From IMG/VR virus record IMGVR_UViG_3300016649_000355: a stretch of 64,000 nt of DNA. One strand, written 5' to 3'. How positions within the stretch are numbered: position 1 is the first letter of the stretch; each line of letters starts with the position of its first letter. The DNA comes from a virus. Taxonomy: Duplodnaviria; Caudoviricetes. The position numbers were made by a program, and so were the translations under genes. Below, piece after piece: positions 29,125 to 38,324 of the stretch. A model generated the notes under the pieces. It worked only from the letters and a program-made list of their open reading frames with translations, did not search any database and was not told the origin of the DNA.

Positions 29125-29654
29125 GAGTCAACGAAGCTAGCCCCGATACATTTGAAGGTAGTTTGAGTGATGATCAATTGATCAGCCGTTTATGGATGGC
29201 TAAACGATTGAATGACACCGGCATTCCCGTGAAAAAATGTGTAGTTCTAGGAAGCTGGTACGGCCTAGTTCCCTATATATTAAGAAAGATCAATCGCATC
29301 CCAACAATAGTGGCTATTGATGGAAATCAAAAATATATAGATGCTAGCAAGAAACTCAATCCACACATCAAGCATTTATGTAAAGATGTGAACGACATGC
29401 ATTATCATGGTGCTGATTGTGTGGTAAACCCCAGCATCAATAATATAGCGGGCACTAAATGGTATGAGAACATACCTATGGGCAAGTTATGTTTATTTCA
29501 GACTGAAGACATAGAAGTAGAAAAAAACTGTCCTTCTAATTTAGAAGAATTAAAAACTAAGTTCCCATTAAGTAAATACTTGTATGAAGGAACATTGAGT
29601 TGCAAAGATAAGGATGGGCCTTATACAAGAAGTATGATCATAGGAATAAAATGA
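29121..29654 (+). CDS. Class I SAM methyltransferase-like protein
   Basis: VVLGSWYG, VAIDGN, CKDVN Rossmann pattern. Confidence 0.55.
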   Translation: MRVNEASPDTFEGSLSDDQLISRLWMAKRLNDTGIPVKKCVVLGSWYGLVPYILRKINRIPTIVAIDGNQKYIDASKKLNPHIKHLCKDVNDMHYHGADCVVNPSINNIAGTKWYENIPMGKLCLFQTEDIEVEKNCPSNLEELKTKFPLSKYLYEGTLSCKDKDGPYTRSMIIGIK

Positions 29655-30361
29655 AATTATTTACTAATGGATGTAGTTGGACTTACGGAGGAGGCCTTGA
29701 TTTGGATCAGCCTTACCAAGAGGCTGAAAGATTAAAGGTTGTGTGGCCTCACCATTTGGGAAAGTTATTAAATACTGATCAGGTAGTAAATCTAGCAATG
29801 GGGTGCGGAAGTAATCAAAGAATGATAAGAACGACATTTGATTGGTTACTTACTCAAACAAAACAAGAACTCGCAGATACAATAGCAGTGATTCAATTTA
29901 CAGAACCTAGTAGATTTGAAATAAATTACGAAAATGACTGGTATAATTGCAAGATAGGATGTGTTACATTTGGAGACAATCGTGTAGCTAATACACATGA
30001 AGAAAATTTTAAAGTTCAGGAAATGTATAGTCTAGTAGAATCTAGATTTGTAACATACTCGGATGTAGAAGGTGACTACTCATTATTGTCTTCAGCTACA
30101 TCTATAGATAACTTATTTAAACAATTTCATTTAAAAGATTGGTATTTTTGGTCTTTTAGTAATGATTTCATGCGCAGTAAATATAAAGAGTATTATTGCA
30201 ATAATTTTAAAATAGTTGATAAACAATATATGACAGATTTATGGAAGTATTCAAGGGTAGGAATAAAATTTTTTAATCAAGAATTTGATCCACATCCTAG
30301 TATCGAGGGACATCGGCAAGTTGCAAACGCATTATTTCATGAAATGGGAACATACAAATGA
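29651..30361 (+). CDS. SGNH hydrolase-like protein (paralog family)
   Basis: TNGCSWTYG, NLAMGCGSN, HPSIEGH. Confidence 0.6.
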   Translation: MKLFTNGCSWTYGGGLDLDQPYQEAERLKVVWPHHLGKLLNTDQVVNLAMGCGSNQRMIRTTFDWLLTQTKQELADTIAVIQFTEPSRFEINYENDWYNCKIGCVTFGDNRVANTHEENFKVQEMYSLVESRFVTYSDVEGDYSLLSSATSIDNLFKQFHLKDWYFWSFSNDFMRSKYKEYYCNNFKIVDKQYMTDLWKYSRVGIKFFNQEFDPHPSIEGHRQVANALFHEMGTYK

Positions 30362-30789
30362 AAAAAATATTAGCAATAGTTTTACTATCACTAACCAGTA
30401 TCGCACACGCACAGAAACAGGGGGTAACATATGATGCACAAATTCTTAGGGTTAACGATGGAGATACGGTCGTTATTTCTGCTCCATTTTTACCTGCTCC
30501 GCTAAAACCAGAACTTGCCGTGAGAATATATGGGGTAGACACACCTGAAAAGGGTTTCCGCGCACAGTGTCCCCAAGAAGATGCTAGGGGAAAGGCTGCT
30601 AGTGAATTCACTAAGAAAGCGGTAGCCGGGGCGCAGAAAAGACAAGTTGTTTTAATGGACTGGGATAAGTTCGGCGGTCGCGTGTTAGGCGACATTATCT
30701 TAGATGGTGTGAGCCTTAGAGAAATGCTAATCAAAAATAACATGGCCCGAGCATACTTCGGCGAAGCGAAACAAAGCTGGTGCAATTGA
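30358..30789 (+). CDS. Secreted thermonuclease (SNase family)
   Basis: Signal peptide; RVNDGDT, RIYGVDTPE, DKFGGRVLG. Confidence 0.9.
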   Translation: MKKILAIVLLSLTSIAHAQKQGVTYDAQILRVNDGDTVVISAPFLPAPLKPELAVRIYGVDTPEKGFRAQCPQEDARGKAASEFTKKAVAGAQKRQVVLMDWDKFGGRVLGDIILDGVSLREMLIKNNMARAYFGEAKQSWCN

Positions 30790-30802
30790 TAAATATTTAA
30801 TC

Positions 30803-31498
30803 ATGCGAGCCACTGAGTTTTTAATAGAAAAAAATAGAAAAAGAAAGCGCACAAAATTGCGCAAATACTTTTTTCCTGGTTTTGCCTATTACGGAGGTTA
30901 CGGTGGTGAAGATTCAGGTGGTGATGGCGGAGGCGGAGAAAGCATGTATGAAAGTGCTGTCGATGAGCTAAAGCAGCAGCTACCATCACTTAAAAAACAT
31001 GACTATGATACAATCGATAGACTCATGAGAGGTATAGCGAAAAAACACAAGATCACAGGAAAAGCACTACATGATCTATTTGTTAACAAATATAAAAAGA
31101 CCCCGGATGACTGGATAAAAAATAAATTAGACGAACAGCTAGACCTTGATATGGTCGGGGAAGTGGAGAAATTCAGCGACTGGGCCTGTAAAAAATTGAA
31201 TGTACAGAACCAACCCAGGATCAATTTAAGTTACGATACAGAAGAGGCGCAGACAAATCATCACACCGGGGGGCATGTAATGGGTGACGATGAGATTTGG
31301 GTATACGCTAAAAATCGCAATTTAGTCGATATATTGAGGACTGTGTTCCATGAATTGGTTCATGTGAGGCAGGAAGAATTGAACATGATCAAGCATGGTT
31401 CAAGTTATCCCGGAAGCCCCATCGAAGCGATGGCAGACATGCTTGCGGGCAAATACATCAAGATTTACGGCAAAGATAATCCAAAAATATTCCAATAA
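30803..31498 (+). CDS. Mosaic protein with HExxH metallopeptidase-like module
   Basis: MRATEFLIE leader; Gly-rich linker; VFHELVHVRQ...EAMA. Confidence 0.6.
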   Translation: MRATEFLIEKNRKRKRTKLRKYFFPGFAYYGGYGGEDSGGDGGGGESMYESAVDELKQQLPSLKKHDYDTIDRLMRGIAKKHKITGKALHDLFVNKYKKTPDDWIKNKLDEQLDLDMVGEVEKFSDWACKKLNVQNQPRINLSYDTEEAQTNHHTGGHVMGDDEIWVYAKNRNLVDILRTVFHELVHVRQEELNMIKHGSSYPGSPIEAMADMLAGKYIKIYGKDNPKIFQ

Positions 31499-31552
31499 TA
31501 TCTTGCGCCTTTAAAATATTTGTTATATACTATATACTTTCTAGGAGCAATT

Positions 31553-31813
31553 ATGTCTGAACGAACCTTTTCTGCCGAAGGCAAACTTAAACTTACCCAA
31601 TTAGTCAACGAAGGCATGTCAGTCATGCATGAGATCGAAACATTGCAGGGTGGATTGAATGATACGATCAAGGCAGTAGCAGAAGAAATGGAAATCAAAC
31701 CGAGTATTTTAAAGAAAGCCATCAAAATCGCATACAAATCTGGTCTAGGTCAGACCAACAAAGAACACGAAGAACTAAACACGATTCTGGAGACTGTTGG
31801 TAAGACCCTATGA
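31553..31813 (+). CDS. Small dsDNA-binding protein (T4 DsbA/GapR-like)
   Basis: SD GGAG; helical IKAVAEEMEIKPSILKKAIKIAY pattern; sigma70-like promoter at about 31503-31531. Confidence 0.5.
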   Translation: MSERTFSAEGKLKLTQLVNEGMSVMHEIETLQGGLNDTIKAVAEEMEIKPSILKKAIKIAYKSGLGQTNKEHEELNTILETVGKTL

Positions 31814-34521
31814 GTTATGTAGACGCTATTCACGACCGTGATAGTGACAGGATCTTTGTAGTTGAAAGAACTACAGAAGGCAAACGAACATATAAAGAAT
31901 ATCCTGCAAACTATGTCTTCTATTACAGCGATCCTAAAGGTAAATTTCGCAGTATCTATGGCGATAATGTTAGTCGTTTTTCAACAAGGAAGCGCGCCGA
32001 ATTTGAGAAAGAGCGGCGGATACACTCCGGTAAGAAGTTATACGAGAGCGACATCAATGTTGTCTTCCGTTGCCTCAGCGAAAATTATCTAAATATCGAT
32101 CCTCCCCAATTACATACTTGCTTCTTTGACATTGAGGTAGATTTTGACCCCGAGAAAGGTTTCAGCCCAACAAATGATCCTTTCAATCCAGTCACTGCTA
32201 TTTCACTATATCTTGACTGGCAAGATCAACTGATCACATTGTGTTTGAAGCCAAAACACATGAGTGTTGAGACTGGTCGTGAAATTGCAGAAGAATTTGA
32301 GAACTGCATACTATGTGATGATGAAGAATCAATGTTCAAGATATTCTTCCAACTCATCGAAGATAGTGATGTATTGACTGGCTGGAACTCAGAGGGGTAC
32401 GACATACCCTACATGGTCAATCGTGTGACACGGGTATTGAGCAAGGATGATACACGCAAGTTCTGTCTACTCGGTCAATTGCCCAGAGCCCGTGAATACG
32501 AAAGATTTGGTAAAACTGAGACAACATATGACTTAGTTGGTCGCATTCACATGGACTATCTACAGTTGTACAAGAAGTATAACTATGAGAGTCGCCACAG
32601 TTATAAGCTAGACTTCATCGGTGAGATGGAAGTAGGTGAGAACAAAACGCAATATGAAGGCACATTGGATCAATTGTATAACAAGGACTTCAAAAAGTTC
32701 TTAGAATATAATCGACAGGATACGATGTTGCTTGTCAAGATACACAACAAACTCAAATTCCTCGATCTTGCTAACGCACTGGCACATGAAAATACTGTAT
32801 TGCTTCCAACAGTCATGGGTTCTGTAGCAATGATCGAAATGGCGATCATGAATGAAGCGCATGAGCGCGGTATGGTGGTTCCCGATAAAAAACGAAAGGA
32901 AGCAAACGGTGATGAACAACAAGCGGCAGGTGCCTATGTTGCTACGCCCAAAAGGGGCATACATGAGTGGGTCGGAGCAGTGGATATCAACTCGCTCTAT
33001 CCCTCGACTATTAGAGCCCTCAACATGGCTCCCGAGACAATCGTTGGACAAGTCAGACAAACACTCACCGAACAGTACATGCACGACAAAGGGAGACGGC
33101 TGGCTAGCGAAAAAAAGCGGAGCAAAGACGGGGACGAAGAAGTAACTGGATCAATATTATGGGAAGGATTGTTTGGTAGCTTAGAATACACTGCCATCAT
33201 GAATCAAGAGCGCGGGACTACATTGATCCTAGACTACGAGGATGGACGCAGTGTTGAGATGAGTGCTGCCGAACTATGGAAATTGATCTTTGATAGTCAC
33301 AAGCCCTATATGTTGTCAGCGAACGGGACGATATTCACTTACGAGACTGAGGGCGTGATTCCTGGATTGTTGTCTAAGTGGTATAGTGATCGTAAAGTCA
33401 TGCAACAAAAATTAAAAGAATCAACAACGCCGGAAGATAGGGAATACTGGGATAAGCGTCAGTTGGTTCGTAAGATTTTGCTCAACTCAGCATATGGTGC
33501 GTTGTTGAATGAGCATTGTCGTTTCTATGACAAACGGATCGGCCAAAGCGTTACATTGACTGGCAGGCAGATCGTGAAACACATGATGAGTACTATCAAT
33601 GAAACTGTAGCGGGTGTCTATACGCATGACGGTGATGCCATCGTCTACGGTGATACTGATAGTTGTTATTTCAGCGCGTATCCGATATTGAAGTCTCAGA
33701 TAAACAATGGCGAATTAGAATGGAATAAAGAAGTCTGTATCGGATTGTATGACAGTATCGCTGAACAGGCTAATCAAAGTTTCCCAGCTTTCCTCGAAAA
33801 AGCCTTTCATGCTCCTAGAAAGAATGGGGAGATCATCAAAGCAGGTCGTGAATTGATCGGTGATAGAAGTTTGTTCATCACGAAAAAACGATATGCGATC
33901 AATATCTTTGACAAAGAAGGCAAACGAAAAGACACGAAGGGCAAGATGGGAGATATCAAGGCAATGGGCCTCGATCTCAAGAGGGCGGATACTCCCAAAT
34001 ATGTTCAAGAATTCTTGATGTCTGTATTAGAAATGGTTCTGTCTGGTAAAGGCCGTGACGATGTGATTGAAAAGATCAAGGACTTCAAGATCGAATTGGG
34101 CAAACAAGATAGCTGGACTAAAGGTAGTCCTAAATCTGTCAATAAGTTGACATACTATGGTGATCTAGAAGCCGGTAGCAAGACGGGTAGAGCAAACATG
34201 CCGGGTCATGTGAGGGCAGCATTGAACTATAATTATCTGCGCCGTGTGAATAGCGACAACTATTCTATGAAAATTGTTGACGGCATGAAGGTCATCGTAT
34301 GTAAATTGAAACAAAATCCATTAGGATTTACTAGTGTTGCTTATCCAACAGACGAACTTAGATTGCCCCAATGGTTCTGTGATCTGCCATTCGATGATCA
34401 AGAAATGGAAAGAACATTGGTTGACGAGAAGATCGAAAACTTATTGGGTGTGCTTGGTTGGGACCTGCGCAGTAATACCGATACCAATTCAACATTTGAT
34501 GATCTGTTTAGTTTCGGTTAA
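31810..34521 (+). CDS. gp43: Family B DNA polymerase (gp43-like)
   Basis: FDIEVD exonuclease motif, DINSLYPS, KILLNSAYG, YGDTDS, KKRYA. Confidence 0.96.
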   Translation: MSYVDAIHDRDSDRIFVVERTTEGKRTYKEYPANYVFYYSDPKGKFRSIYGDNVSRFSTRKRAEFEKERRIHSGKKLYESDINVVFRCLSENYLNIDPPQLHTCFFDIEVDFDPEKGFSPTNDPFNPVTAISLYLDWQDQLITLCLKPKHMSVETGREIAEEFENCILCDDEESMFKIFFQLIEDSDVLTGWNSEGYDIPYMVNRVTRVLSKDDTRKFCLLGQLPRAREYERFGKTETTYDLVGRIHMDYLQLYKKYNYESRHSYKLDFIGEMEVGENKTQYEGTLDQLYNKDFKKFLEYNRQDTMLLVKIHNKLKFLDLANALAHENTVLLPTVMGSVAMIEMAIMNEAHERGMVVPDKKRKEANGDEQQAAGAYVATPKRGIHEWVGAVDINSLYPSTIRALNMAPETIVGQVRQTLTEQYMHDKGRRLASEKKRSKDGDEEVTGSILWEGLFGSLEYTAIMNQERGTTLILDYEDGRSVEMSAAELWKLIFDSHKPYMLSANGTIFTYETEGVIPGLLSKWYSDRKVMQQKLKESTTPEDREYWDKRQLVRKILLNSAYGALLNEHCRFYDKRIGQSVTLTGRQIVKHMMSTINETVAGVYTHDGDAIVYGDTDSCYFSAYPILKSQINNGELEWNKEVCIGLYDSIAEQANQSFPAFLEKAFHAPRKNGEIIKAGRELIGDRSLFITKKRYAINIFDKEGKRKDTKGKMGDIKAMGLDLKRADTPKYVQEFLMSVLEMVLSGKGRDDVIEKIKDFKIELGKQDSWTKGSPKSVNKLTYYGDLEAGSKTGRANMPGHVRAALNYNYLRRVNSDNYSMKIVDGMKVIVCKLKQNPLGFTSVAYPTDELRLPQWFCDLPFDDQEMERTLVDEKIENLLGVLGWDLRSNTDTNSTFDDLFSFG

Positions 34522-34528
34522 ATCAGTG

Positions 34529-34557
34529 TTGACACACACAAAAAAATCCACTATATT
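34529..34557 (+). promoter_or_regulatory. Sigma70-like promoter (late TAAATA also at 34574)
   Basis: TTGACA-N17-TATATT. Confidence 0.65.
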
Positions 34558-34598
34558 ACATCATAATAGTGCCTAAATATCTTAACACAAAGGAAAAT

Positions 34599-35330
34599 AT
34601 GAAAGATAATCTACAAGACTTAATCCAACACACACATGGTCTAGGTGTCATCGATCTCATCAAGGTCGTTGGAACTGATACTGAGACACAGATCGCGGCA
34701 ATCGCAGAAGATAAATCAGTGATCGTGAACGGAAAGTTCATCAATCCCGTCGCAGACTTCATCGGCACTTTTGGTATGCCTAATCTTGGTAAGCTAAAAA
34801 CTATTTTAAGCTTTGATGATTACGACAACAACGCTACTATCAAAGTCACGAAACAAAACAAAGATGGCGTAGAGATTCCCGCTACTATTCACTTTTCTAC
34901 TAAGACAAATGATTTCGTCAATGACTATCGATTGATGAGCAAGGTCATCATCGAAGAGAAAGTAAAGAATGTTACATTCAAGGGTGCTACATGGAATGTA
35001 GAATTCGAACCAACAGTGGCAGGAATTCTCAGGCTCAAGAAGCAGGCGCAGGCAAATAACGAAGAGCCAAACTTCACTACTAAAACAGACAACAATGATC
35101 TAAAAATTTATTTTGGTGATCCTTCAACTCACAGTGGCAACTTTGTATTTCAGCCCGGTGTCAATGGCACATTAAGCCGGCCGTGGATGTGGCCAGTCAA
35201 AGTGTTCATGAGCATCATGGATTTACCCGGAGACAAGATCGTTAAGATCAGCGATCAGGGTGCTTGCGAGATCACAGTCAATAGTGGGCTTGCTGTCTAT
35301 CAATATCTATTACCCGCACAAGCAAAATAA
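34599..35330 (+). CDS. Putative sliding clamp
   Basis: About 243 aa with a two-domain beta/alpha pattern; directly after PolB; clamp loader in window. Confidence 0.5.
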   Translation: MKDNLQDLIQHTHGLGVIDLIKVVGTDTETQIAAIAEDKSVIVNGKFINPVADFIGTFGMPNLGKLKTILSFDDYDNNATIKVTKQNKDGVEIPATIHFSTKTNDFVNDYRLMSKVIIEEKVKNVTFKGATWNVEFEPTVAGILRLKKQAQANNEEPNFTTKTDNNDLKIYFGDPSTHSGNFVFQPGVNGTLSRPWMWPVKVFMSIMDLPGDKIVKISDQGACEITVNSGLAVYQYLLPAQAK

Positions 35331-35337
35331 CAATTAT

Positions 35338-36891
35338 ATGTCAAGTGAGCAGATAAATCTAACACAACAACATAACAAAGACTGGGCATTGTTTCTCCCC
35401 GCAGTGTCTAGCTTTTTTATCACAGGATTAGGCAAGCAAAGAGAGGGACAGCAATATTTCGACGCCGCTAGAATTCCCCAGGGGTTCAACGGTGATGTTG
35501 AGTGCTTGAATTTTCTCAATAGCAAGCAAGGCTTATATACTTATAAATGGGGTTTGTATAGTGCTGGTCATGCCAATCTTGATACCATAGTAGATGATCC
35601 CGCTGAGAGCATTATTCGCAAGCGTGAACAAGGTACATTCATGCTAGGTGATAGTGGTGGATTTCAGATCATGAAGGGTCAATGGCCCGCAGACTGGAAA
35701 GATATGAACTGTCCCAAAGCAATAGCACAGCGACAAAAAGTATTGAAGTGGATGGATACATACATGGACTATGGTATGTGTCTAGATGTTCCTTCGCAAA
35801 CCGTTAGGAATCAACATCTATTAGACAAGCATGGTATCACAAGCATACAAGACGCGATCACTGCCACACATATCAATAACGAATACTTCATCAAACACAG
35901 GAACGGCAATTGCAAGTTCTTGAATGTATTACAGGGTCTCAATCATACGCAGAGTGATGCTTGGTATCAAGAGATGAAGAAATATTGTGATCCAAAAGTC
36001 TATCCAGACAATCATTTCAATGGTTGGGCTTTCGGGGGTCAGACAAAGATCGACATCCATTTGACACTAAAACGGATCGTGCATATCATCCACGATGGAT
36101 TATTAGAACCGGGTAAACACGATCTAATTCACTGTCTAGGTACAAGTATCTTAGAGTATGCTGTGTTGTTCAGTGATATACAGAGGGCTGTTAGGAAGTA
36201 TCACAACCCAAATCTACAGATCACTTTCGATTGTGCTAGCCCATTCTTCAGCGCGGCAAAAGGTCTTGCATATTTCAATACTAGTATTGAGCATGACAAA
36301 AAATGGGCATACTCAATGGAAAAAACTGCCGAGAAAAAGAGTTATGCCAATGATAAAAGGAAATTTAGTGACGCGGTATTGCAGGACAAAGTCCATAAAC
36401 TCTTTACTGACAGTCCTGTAACTGATAGAATGTTGATCAGTGACTTATGTTACAGGGGTCAAGGTTTCATTAATCAGCAAGGCAAAGAAACAAAAACAAG
36501 TTGGGACACATTGAGTTATACATTATTACAGGCACACAATGTTTATCAGCATATTCATGCAGTACAAGAAGCAAATAGAAAATATGATCAAGGTATCATC
36601 CCTAAAATGGTAATGAATGAGACCTTTGAACGGATCAGATTCAGCGAGATCGTTGATGAAATTTTTTCGTTAAAAGATCGGCAAAAAAGTTTAGATTTGA
36701 TTGATAAGTACGATAGATTCTGGATGCAGATGAAGTCGGGTAGTCAAGGTTTCAGTGGTAAAAAAGCAGTAAATGCATTAACAATGTTTGACCAATTATT
36801 TGAAGTAACGGATAATGATCCTGAAGTAGAGGATCCGATTATAGACAGCGATGACGCCATACTAGAGGTAATTGACGATGATAAATCGTAG
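35338..36891 (+). CDS. dpdA: TGT-fold 7-deazaguanine transglycosylase-like protein (DpdA, probably DpdA3-type)
   Basis: LGDSGGFQ, CLDVP, NVLQG, GWAFGG, HCLGT, TFDCASP TGT motifs; folE/queD/queE nearby. Confidence 0.8.
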   Translation: MSSEQINLTQQHNKDWALFLPAVSSFFITGLGKQREGQQYFDAARIPQGFNGDVECLNFLNSKQGLYTYKWGLYSAGHANLDTIVDDPAESIIRKREQGTFMLGDSGGFQIMKGQWPADWKDMNCPKAIAQRQKVLKWMDTYMDYGMCLDVPSQTVRNQHLLDKHGITSIQDAITATHINNEYFIKHRNGNCKFLNVLQGLNHTQSDAWYQEMKKYCDPKVYPDNHFNGWAFGGQTKIDIHLTLKRIVHIIHDGLLEPGKHDLIHCLGTSILEYAVLFSDIQRAVRKYHNPNLQITFDCASPFFSAAKGLAYFNTSIEHDKKWAYSMEKTAEKKSYANDKRKFSDAVLQDKVHKLFTDSPVTDRMLISDLCYRGQGFINQQGKETKTSWDTLSYTLLQAHNVYQHIHAVQEANRKYDQGIIPKMVMNETFERIRFSEIVDEIFSLKDRQKSLDLIDKYDRFWMQMKSGSQGFSGKKAVNALTMFDQLFEVTDNDPEVEDPIIDSDDAILEVIDDDKS

Positions 36892-37426
36892 TAAACCAAA
36901 TATCAATTGGGATTTTGATAAAAAAATAATTACAAAATTAAATGTCATAGACCCAAAATTATGTGATGAAATCATCGAATATGGAAATGATAATGTAAAT
37001 CCGGGAATCGATAAATACCCGGAAATATTTAGAACAAGTTTTCATTCATGCTTATTACCTTTGAATCACCCTATACATGAAATTTTAACAAATGTTTGGA
37101 AAGAAATTATTCTTCATTTTCAATTTGATATAGATTTTGTCGAACCATATGAATTAAAAAGATATACTAATGAAGATTTTTTCGGATCACATATTGACAA
37201 TTATTATTCTTTAACTGATAATTTAGATAGAAAAATCACCATGGTATTACAGTTATCTGATCAGTCATTATATAAAGGGGGCGATCTTAAAATACTCAAT
37301 AAGTTTGCTTCTAGAGAAAAGGGTAGTATAACAGCATTCCCTAGCTTTTTCCCTCATGAAGTTGAAAAAACGGAAGGATGCCGTTGGTCTTTAATTGGTT
37401 GGGCATGGGGCCCTTACTGGAAATAG
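36878..37426 (+). CDS. 2OG-Fe(II) oxygenase
   Basis: HID...RKIT..LS...Y.GGDL...FPS..PHEV...G.RWSL. Confidence 0.88.
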   Translation: MINRSKPNINWDFDKKIITKLNVIDPKLCDEIIEYGNDNVNPGIDKYPEIFRTSFHSCLLPLNHPIHEILTNVWKEIILHFQFDIDFVEPYELKRYTNEDFFGSHIDNYYSLTDNLDRKITMVLQLSDQSLYKGGDLKILNKFASREKGSITAFPSFFPHEVEKTEGCRWSLIGWAWGPYWK

Positions 37427-37435
37427 GAGATTAAA

Positions 37436-37645
37436 ATGTCATATCATAGAAAAATTGAATCATTAACCGAAACTCACCGTTTACTTGACAAGCAGATTGC
37501 AGACCTTGAAAAAGTACACGGAGACGCCCAAAAGATTAGCGAACTCAAGAAACAAAAGCTACAATACAAAGACGAGATCACTAGACTCACTAAACTACAG
37601 TGGGAAGAAGATCATGAGCGTGTATATTTTGAGGATGATCGATAA
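37436..37645 (+). CDS. YdcH/DUF465-like coiled-coil protein
   Basis: HRLLDKQI...LKKQKLQYKDEI. Confidence 0.7.
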   Translation: MSYHRKIESLTETHRLLDKQIADLEKVHGDAQKISELKKQKLQYKDEITRLTKLQWEEDHERVYFEDDR

Positions 37646-38103
37646 TGGATCAAGTAGAAGTTTCTAGGACAGAAAAAAGACAAAGGATCAAAACAGCAGC
37701 GAAACGGATGATTTATGTAACTTTTCAGAAAGAAGGTATTCATAGATATCCCGCTGCCGAGACTGATCCTAAATTAAAAACAGGTGATGAATATGATGTA
37801 TCGTTCCTTGCTTATGCCCATAGGCATATTTTTCATTTTAATGTTGCTATCGAGGTATTCCACAATGACCGAGATGTGGAATTCATCCAATTTAAAAGAT
37901 GGCTTGAAAGATTGTATAGTAGCGACCAAAGTGTATTGTCGCTCGACTTCAAAAGCTGCGAAATGATCAGCGATGATCTTTACGATCAAATCGCTAGTCG
38001 TTATCCAGACCGTGACATCCATATAACTGTCAGTGAAGACAACGAAAATGGGGCCACAATTTTTTATAACCGTAATCAACCTTACCAACAACTAGTAATC
38101 TAA
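37645..38103 (+). CDS. dpdL: QueD-paralog T-fold protein (DpdL-like candidate CDG decarboxylase)
   Basis: LAYAHRHIF fits LxxxHRHxF (motif recalled for DpdL, not verified by search); HNDRDVEFIQFKRWL; SCEM; EDNENG. Confidence 0.65.
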   Translation: MDQVEVSRTEKRQRIKTAAKRMIYVTFQKEGIHRYPAAETDPKLKTGDEYDVSFLAYAHRHIFHFNVAIEVFHNDRDVEFIQFKRWLERLYSSDQSVLSLDFKSCEMISDDLYDQIASRYPDRDIHITVSEDNENGATIFYNRNQPYQQLVI

Positions 38104-38114
38104 GGAGAGTAGTA

Positions 38115-38324
38115 ATGGCAAAAGTAGCAATCAAATCAAATCCCCGTGTCCATCAAATTTTTGATGATCTTGAAAGTTTCCTTAACTTTTGTAAAAACTT
38201 CGGGTATCGCTACAATCCCGAGGATTTGTACAGCAATAAAAGTCATGTCTATCGCCAATATACAAAATATTTGACAGGAAAGCCGGTCAAAAATATGTGG
38301 GATCTTGATGGTAAAAATTCATAA
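38115..38324 (+). CDS. Hypothetical protein
   Basis: SD AAGGAG; 69 aa. Confidence 0.65.
   Translation: MAKVAIKSNPRVHQIFDDLESFLNFCKNFGYRYNPEDLYSNKSHVYRQYTKYLTGKPVKNMWDLDGKNS

Noticed and set aside
31810-34521. Intein or intron in the DNA polymerase
   Set aside because: Continuous 903-aa PolB with normal motif spacing
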